A stretch of DNA of 64,000 bases, from positions 4,352,001 through 4,416,000 of the forward strand of contig OZ244621.1 of the NCBI GenBank assembly GCA_965218425.1, written 5' to 3'. Position numbers and translations under genes: made by a program. Below the pieces are notes generated by a model. The model was not told where the DNA came from and ran no database searches. It worked only from the letters and a program-made list of their open reading frames with translations. Below are positions 58,985 to 64,000 of the stretch, piece by piece (position 1 is the first letter of the stretch; each line of letters starts with the position of its first letter). The stretch comes from an uncultured Candidatus Binatia bacterium. Lineage in GTDB: Bacteria; Desulfobacterota; Binatia; UBA9968; CAXXLF01.

Positions 58985-59040
58985 GTTCTCCTCCTTAATG
59001 AGAGAATGTTAGTGTCTTTGACCTGCTCCCCTTTTTGTCC

Positions 59041-59898
59041 TCACCTATAAGTTAGTGGTGTTTCGTTGTGGTCCGCTCCGGACCGGGTTGCAAACTCCAT
59101 CGGTGTGAGTCCGTTAAGGCTCGTGTGTGGTCTTCTGGCGTTGTAGTCGACCCTCCAGTCTTCGATGATCTCTCGCGCATGGCGGTAGCTGATGAATATG
59201 TGCTCGTTCAGGCATTCATCACGCACACGCCCGATGAAGCTCTCCACCAACCCGTTCTGCATGGGCTTGCCCGGAGCGATGTCGTGCCACTCTACCCGGC
59301 GACCCTGCTGCCATCGCAGCATCGCATTCGACGTGAACTCGGTGCCGTTATCGGACACCACTAGGAGGGGATCACCGCGCCGTTGAGCGATGTGGTCCAG
59401 TTCTCGGGCAACCCGCTCTGCGGTGATGGAGTTGTCTACGATGGTGGCCAGGCACTCCCGTGTGAAGTCGTCGATCACGCAGAGCACACGGAAACGCCGG
59501 CTGTCGACCAAGGCGTCGGATGCGAAGTCCACCGACCAGCGCTGATTGGCCCCTTGCGGGATCGTCATCGGCGCCCGGCTCCCAAGCGCCCGCTTGCGAC
59601 CGCCCCGTTTGCGCACCGCCAACTTCTCCTCCTTGTAGAGCTGGTAGAGCTTCTTGCGATTCACCACCACGCCTTCCCGCGCCAGCAACAGGTGCAGGCG
59701 CCGATACCCGAAACGACGGCGTTCCGCCGCCAGCTCCCGCAGCTTCTGCCGTAACTCCCCGTCATCCGGTCTCATCGACCGATAACGGTAGACCCGCGGC
59801 TCGATGCCCAACAGACCACAAGCCCGCCGCTGCGAGTCACCCTTTTCCTTCATCGCCCAGTCCACGGCTTCTCTCCTGGACCTGGGCGTCAGAAGTCT
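59041..59898 (-). CDS. IS3 transposase OrfB (DDE integrase core), -1 frame relative to OrfA
   Basis: [32 protein letters not shown]; slippery G_GGA_AAA at 59904-59898. Confidence 0.9.
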   Translation of the reverse strand, partial: RLLTPRSRREAVDWAMKEKGDSQRRACGLLGIEPRVYRYRSMRPDDGELRQKLRELAAERRRFGYRRLHLLLAREGVVVNRKKLYQLYKEEKLAVRKRGGRKRALGSRAPMTIPQGANQRWSVDFASDALVDSRRFRVLCVIDDFTRECLATIVDNSITAERVARELDHIAQRRGDPLLVVSDNGTEFTSNAMLRWQQGRRVEWHDIAPGKPMQNGLVESFIGRVRDECLNEHIFISYRHAREIIEDWRVDYNARRPHTSLNGLTPMEFATRSGADHNETPLTYR

Positions 59899-60155
59899 TT
59901 TCCCACCATCTCCTTGAGCGTCGATACGTCCAGTATCGCGTCCGCCAAAAGACGCTTCAGCTTGGCGTTCTCCGTCTCCAGGCTCCGAAGCCGTTTCGCC
60001 TCAGACACCTCCAGCCCGCTATACTTCGAGCGCCACTTGTACAACGTCGCGTCACTGACGCCGTGCTTGCGACACAGCTCCGTCGCCCCCAGCCCCGCCT
60101 GGTGCTCCTTCAGAATCCCGACGATCTGTGTTTCGCTGAACCTGCTCTTGCGCAT
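59889..60155 (-). CDS. IS3 transposase OrfA (HTH)
   Basis: [41 protein letters not shown]. Confidence 0.93.
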   Translation of the reverse strand: MRKSRFSETQIVGILKEHQAGLGATELCRKHGVSDATLYKWRSKYSGLEVSEAKRLRSLETENAKLKRLLADAILDVSTLKEMVGKDF

Positions 60156-60397
60156 GCGTGCCCCTCCTCTTCGGTCAAAGACTAACCTCTAGGTGAGGAC
60201 AATCAAGGGGAGCAGGTCATCTTTTACCCTGAGAATCTGAATGCTAATGGGGGGAGAACATGGGAGACTCAGCAATGGCAACCACGCTCTGGTCGGTTCG
60301 TCCTTTAGATATCCTATCGCAAGGAAAGACTGATTTAGGCCTTCACCAATGTGCTATCCTCTTTCAAAAGGCCCTATACTGAAGTAGGATCTTGGCA

Positions 60398-60877
60398 CTA
60401 TTTTTTCCTGTTTCCGGGTAATCCAACCTTTCTCTTCTGGGCGGCTAGCTTTCTGAGTAGACGCTTTCTTTCCTTTAGGCATGAGGGCTGCCCAACCTTA
60501 GCACCTTCCATTTCCAGACTTCCGCAAGCTAAGCAGGACGGACAAATCCATGCGCCGCATTGACAGCGACCCCTTGGCAAGTCCTTCAGGCCAGGCTTGC
60601 TTATAAATGAGCAATGACAACGTGAGCAAACCACCGTTACAACCCCGTCCAGAATCTCCAAATCCTCGGGGGGGGCAACCCGCCGTATGGACTCCCCCTT
60701 AACTGCCACACGATATTGGAATATCTGCTTCGTGTTAGCCATTTGCAGCAACTCTCCTGCCACGGTGAAGCAGGCCTTAATCTCAGTTATGCCGTCTATC
60801 TGTCCCTCGTAGCCCACCACGTTATGACGTATCAGCGTTCCGTCTTGTAGTTTGAGTGGCTCTGTTCTCTCCGACAT
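60398..60877 (-). CDS. Hypothetical protein with a C-terminal Cys-rich zinc-finger-like region
   Basis: GAGG RBS; CSRC, CQC, CPSCLAC, C; basic tail. Confidence 0.7.
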   Translation of the reverse strand: MSERTEPLKLQDGTLIRHNVVGYEGQIDGITEIKACFTVAGELLQMANTKQIFQYRVAVKGESIRRVAPPEDLEILDGVVTVVCSRCHCSFISKPGLKDLPRGRCQCGAWICPSCLACGSLEMEGAKVGQPSCLKERKRLLRKLAAQKRKVGLPGNRKK

Positions 60878-61058
60878 GTCAACCTCGCTAAATCAAATTT
60901 TAAAAAAACCCTGCCCTGTTCAGCTTTCGCCTTTCAAGCAGGGAGTCATTGGGTCTAAAATAACAATGCAATCTGTCCTTCTTAACCTGAATGAGGGAGC
61001 CAAAACGTTTCATTTCCCAATCTCTCTCTCCCTAAACCGCAAGCCTTACCCCTTGACC

Positions 61059-62585
61059 TTAAGTGTTATTTACTGTGCCGGCTCTAAGGGCGGCGATTCT
61101 CTGCGAATCCCGGAGTTTTTTTAGGGCTGTGGCCTCAATTTGGCGAATTCTTTCCCGGGTGACACCGAAGACCTTCCCCGTCTCCTCGAGCGTATAATCC
61201 GAATTTTCTCTGATCCCAAAACGCATGCGTATAATCTTTTCTTCCCTAGGGCTGAGAGTTGTCAAGATTCGTTGTGTCTCCGCTTGAAGGTTAAGATCCA
61301 TAATCGTTTTCTCAGGATCAGGAGAATGCTCATCCCTGATGAAGTCCCCTAGACAGCTCTCTGCCTCATTGCCCATGGGCGCTTCGAGAGAGACGGGTTC
61401 TTTTACCAGGTTGAAAATTAACCGCACCTTGTCCACGGGTATTGTCATTGCAGCGGCAATCTCCTCAAGAACGGGCCTACGACCTAATTGGTGATTGAGG
61501 GCACTGACCGTCTTGGTAAATTTGTTAGCGATGTCAACCATATGGACCGGGATGCGAATGGTACGAGAGTAATCAGATAGGGCCCGGGTGATGGCCTGAC
61601 GTATCCACCAGCTTGCATAGGTAGAAAATCTAAATCCTAACCGATAATTAAACTTCTCCACGGCCCTCATGAGTCCAATGTTACCTTCCTGGATCAGATC
61701 GAGTATGTGGAGGCCTCGACCGCAATACTTTTTCGCTATGGTTACTACCAGACGGAGATTGGCCTCGGCGAAGTGATTCTTTGCCCGAGCAGCTTGGGCT
61801 TTTTTCTCAAAGATGGTCCCAACCCTCCGAGCCACTTCCTGCTCAGACATGCCTATTTCCTTTTCTATCGTCCGTATCACGTTTTTTGATTTTGTCTTTC
61901 CCCGGGCTATTCGTTCAAGCCCCTTGAGCCTCTCGTCAGTCTGTTTGTGCTCCTGAATAATAATCTCGATCTGGTAGCGATTGAGTTGAAGGGCTTTAAT
62001 AATGGCAGTAATCTTTTCCCTCTGCCGGAGGATTTTTACATCCAGATGCTTTCGACCCAGTTCGCTCGATTGCTTGTCCAGACGTCTCATCATGTCTTCA
62101 CACGTCCTGGCCCGATACTCGAGTTTCCTCATTTCAGCCAAAAAGCGAGTTTTAAGGATTTTTTCATGTGCCAAGACGTCCGCCGATGCCTCCCCTGAAT
62201 GCTTGACCACATCAAGCACGCTCACCGACCCTTCAGCAATTTGTTTTCCGAGACCGAGCGTCCAACGCATGGTAAAAAGAGAAGATAGGACCGCTTTGGC
62301 AATCTGTGCCTCACACTCCTCGATCTCCTGGGCCAATTTTACTTCTTCTCCATGGCTCAGGAGAGGGACAGATCTTAATTGCTGTAGATAAACAAAGACG
62401 GGGTCGTTTGAGTTACCTGCGGCATCGTTCTCGAAGTCAGTTTCCGCCTCTCCTTGATCCGACACTTCATCCGCCTGGCTCTCTGGAATGATAGGCAGTG
62501 AATCCTCCATTCCCTCTAGGAAAAGGTTGGGATTCTCCCCTTTAACGGTATCACTCTCAATCATCTTTCGAGCTCGGTCAGACAA
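61059..62585 (-). CDS. RpoD-like sigma-70 factor (extra copy, lacks a full region 1.1)
   Basis: DPVFVYL (region 1.2), non-conserved insert, [50 protein letters not shown]. Confidence 0.92.
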   Translation of the reverse strand: MSDRARKMIESDTVKGENPNLFLEGMEDSLPIIPESQADEVSDQGEAETDFENDAAGNSNDPVFVYLQQLRSVPLLSHGEEVKLAQEIEECEAQIAKAVLSSLFTMRWTLGLGKQIAEGSVSVLDVVKHSGEASADVLAHEKILKTRFLAEMRKLEYRARTCEDMMRRLDKQSSELGRKHLDVKILRQREKITAIIKALQLNRYQIEIIIQEHKQTDERLKGLERIARGKTKSKNVIRTIEKEIGMSEQEVARRVGTIFEKKAQAARAKNHFAEANLRLVVTIAKKYCGRGLHILDLIQEGNIGLMRAVEKFNYRLGFRFSTYASWWIRQAITRALSDYSRTIRIPVHMVDIANKFTKTVSALNHQLGRRPVLEEIAAAMTIPVDKVRLIFNLVKEPVSLEAPMGNEAESCLGDFIRDEHSPDPEKTIMDLNLQAETQRILTTLSPREEKIIRMRFGIRENSDYTLEETGKVFGVTRERIRQIEATALKKLRDSQRIAALRAGTVNNT

Positions 62586-62590
62586 ACCCC

Positions 62591-62881
62591 TTATTGACGC
62601 CCAGCGGAAGGCAAGAATCTTGCGGAAAGCATCCGGGCAACCGACACTAGAGTCACAGAACCGAGGACCGCCGTAGCATATCTGCTAATCAAGCCGGTTT
62701 CCCCTATACCGGCCCCAAAAATTAGATAGCCGCCAATGGAGGCACCTGCGATTCCGATGATGAAATCCAACCAATAGCCGGCGGAACTACCTAAAGCTGT
62801 TCCATAGCCGTGGTCACCAATTATCTTTCCTGTGAACCAACTGGTAGCCCCTACAGTTAGAACCCAAAGTAATCCGCCCAC
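62591..62881 (-). CDS. GlsB/YeaQ/YmgE (transglycosylase-associated) small membrane protein
   Basis: Three Gly-rich TM helices; [26 protein letters not shown]-type RBS. Confidence 0.78.
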   Translation of the reverse strand: MGGLLWVLTVGATSWFTGKIIGDHGYGTALGSSAGYWLDFIIGIAGASIGGYLIFGAGIGETGLISRYATAVLGSVTLVSVARMLSARFLPSAGRQ

Positions 62882-63002
62882 AAGAACCTCCTACTATTTG
62901 CCGTTACGACCAACCTTCCGGGTTAGCTGGTTTAAAGGAGGCTTACTTGAAGAATTTCGAATAACCGAGGTGTGAACCCTGCGTTTGCTATTCAACTTGT
63001 AC

Positions 63003-63031
63003 ACTCTAATCTACTTAACTAATTTTGTCAA
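63003..63031 (-). promoter_or_regulatory. sigma70 promoter for the membrane protein-sigma operon
   Basis: TTGACA-17-TAGAGT. Confidence 0.65.
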
Positions 63032-63039
63032 GTCAATTC

Positions 63040-63068
63040 TTTACAGACGGCACAAAAGGTGATATAAA
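63040..63068 (+). promoter_or_regulatory. Back-to-back sigma70 promoter for the XRE regulator
   Basis: TTTACA-17-TATAAA with an extended TG. Confidence 0.6.
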
Positions 63069-63097
63069 TAACCAGATCAGTTAACTCAGGGAAAAAG

Positions 63098-63973
63098 ATG
63101 TTAAATATCATAGGCTTAATAAGGCATCGTCTTGAAGAGTTGGGCTATGAGCAGAGGGATTTGGCGGTGGCGGCTGATGTTACCGAGTCTTATATCTCTC
63201 AGTTACTTACCGGCAAGAAAGCTCTACCCGCACCTAATCGGTCGGACATTTATGATAAAATGCAGGCCTTTCTTAAACTCCCTTCGGGAGAGCTAGTAAA
63301 GCTCGCAAATCTGCATCGCAAAGAAGAGATCCAAAGAACAATCGACGAACCGGCTAGACCTTTGTTTCAAGAGATCAGAGAACTGATCCTGCAAAAGTGC
63401 CAACCCGAGAAGGCAAAGCAACTGCTCCCGATTTTTGAGAAGGAACCCTTCGGCGAAATCGAACGGCTTATTACACAAAAACTTTTAGATGTGGCCAAGG
63501 GGATAGCCAAAGAGAAATGGAAGAACGAGAATTGGCTTCGGGTGGTGGCACGGATAAACGACAAAAGCTATGAGGAAATGCGGGTCATCGTCCTGGAGTT
63601 CCTCGATACCGATATTTTCAACCTATCGGTACCGAACTTTATCCACTTCCTGGACCCGCTCATTGAATCCTGGGACGTGGATCTGGTGACTCTAGGAATG
63701 AAGATTGTTTTGGCTCCTGGATTGGGCCGTGAGCGGATCAAACAGTTTGAGTTTGTCGAAAAACAGTCTGACCCCGAAGCCCGGGAAGAGCCCGGGCTCA
63801 GAGAGTTTCTCCAGGATACCGCCATGAGCGGAAACATATCCCCAGAGGAACTCCACTTTATCAAGCAGCTAACATTTAGATTTAAGGGCAAGAGGCCCAC
63901 GGCGCTTTATTTCTACCGGGAACTGCAGAACTTAAGAGACCCCCTCCATTTCCAATCTGAGGTGTCTAGATAA
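63098..63973 (+). CDS. XRE-family HTH regulator with a long uncharacterised C-terminal domain
   Basis: IRHRLEELGYEQRDLAVAADVTESYISQLLTGKK HTH, followed by about 220 aa not recognised. Confidence 0.85.
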   Translation: MLNIIGLIRHRLEELGYEQRDLAVAADVTESYISQLLTGKKALPAPNRSDIYDKMQAFLKLPSGELVKLANLHRKEEIQRTIDEPARPLFQEIRELILQKCQPEKAKQLLPIFEKEPFGEIERLITQKLLDVAKGIAKEKWKNENWLRVVARINDKSYEEMRVIVLEFLDTDIFNLSVPNFIHFLDPLIESWDVDLVTLGMKIVLAPGLGRERIKQFEFVEKQSDPEAREEPGLREFLQDTAMSGNISPEELHFIKQLTFRFKGKRPTALYFYRELQNLRDPLHFQSEVSR

Positions 63974-64000
63974 GGAAAGTGGGGCCCCTGGGAGCCGGAA

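Larger units (their letters stand above)
59019..60219 (-). mobile_element. IS3-family (IS407 group) insertion sequence, 1201 bp
   Basis: TG...CA ends, ~39-bp imperfect IRs (TGACCTGCTCCCCTT...), and 4-bp target duplication TCTT at 59015-59018 and 60220-60223. Confidence 0.95.

Overview
Bacterial chromosomal window of moderately high GC, dominated by genes for aromatic and xenobiotic catabolism. It encodes three UbiD-family (de)carboxylases, a 4-hydroxybenzoyl-CoA-reductase-like hcrCAB molybdoenzyme flanked by two CoA ligases, four Rieske oxygenase alpha subunits (one broken) with no reductase in view, tripartite tricarboxylate transporter parts, and amidohydrolase, cupin, VOC, LLM and HO-like diiron enzymes. 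This repertoire resembles Ca. Binatia or related uncultured 'deltaproteobacteria', which is an inference only. Also present are an asnB-methyltransferase pair next to a broken osmoprotectant ABC ATPase, three IS elements (IS1182; IS110 with a structured 3' non-coding region; IS3/IS407 group), a MotB/OmpA-type gene with a 3 x 243 bp near-perfect repeat, and an XRE / RpoD-like sigma / RRM regulatory module. About a dozen pseudogenes or gene fragments point to ongoing decay. No rRNA, tRNA or CRISPR array was recognised. All family calls come from motif recognition by eye; no database searches were run.
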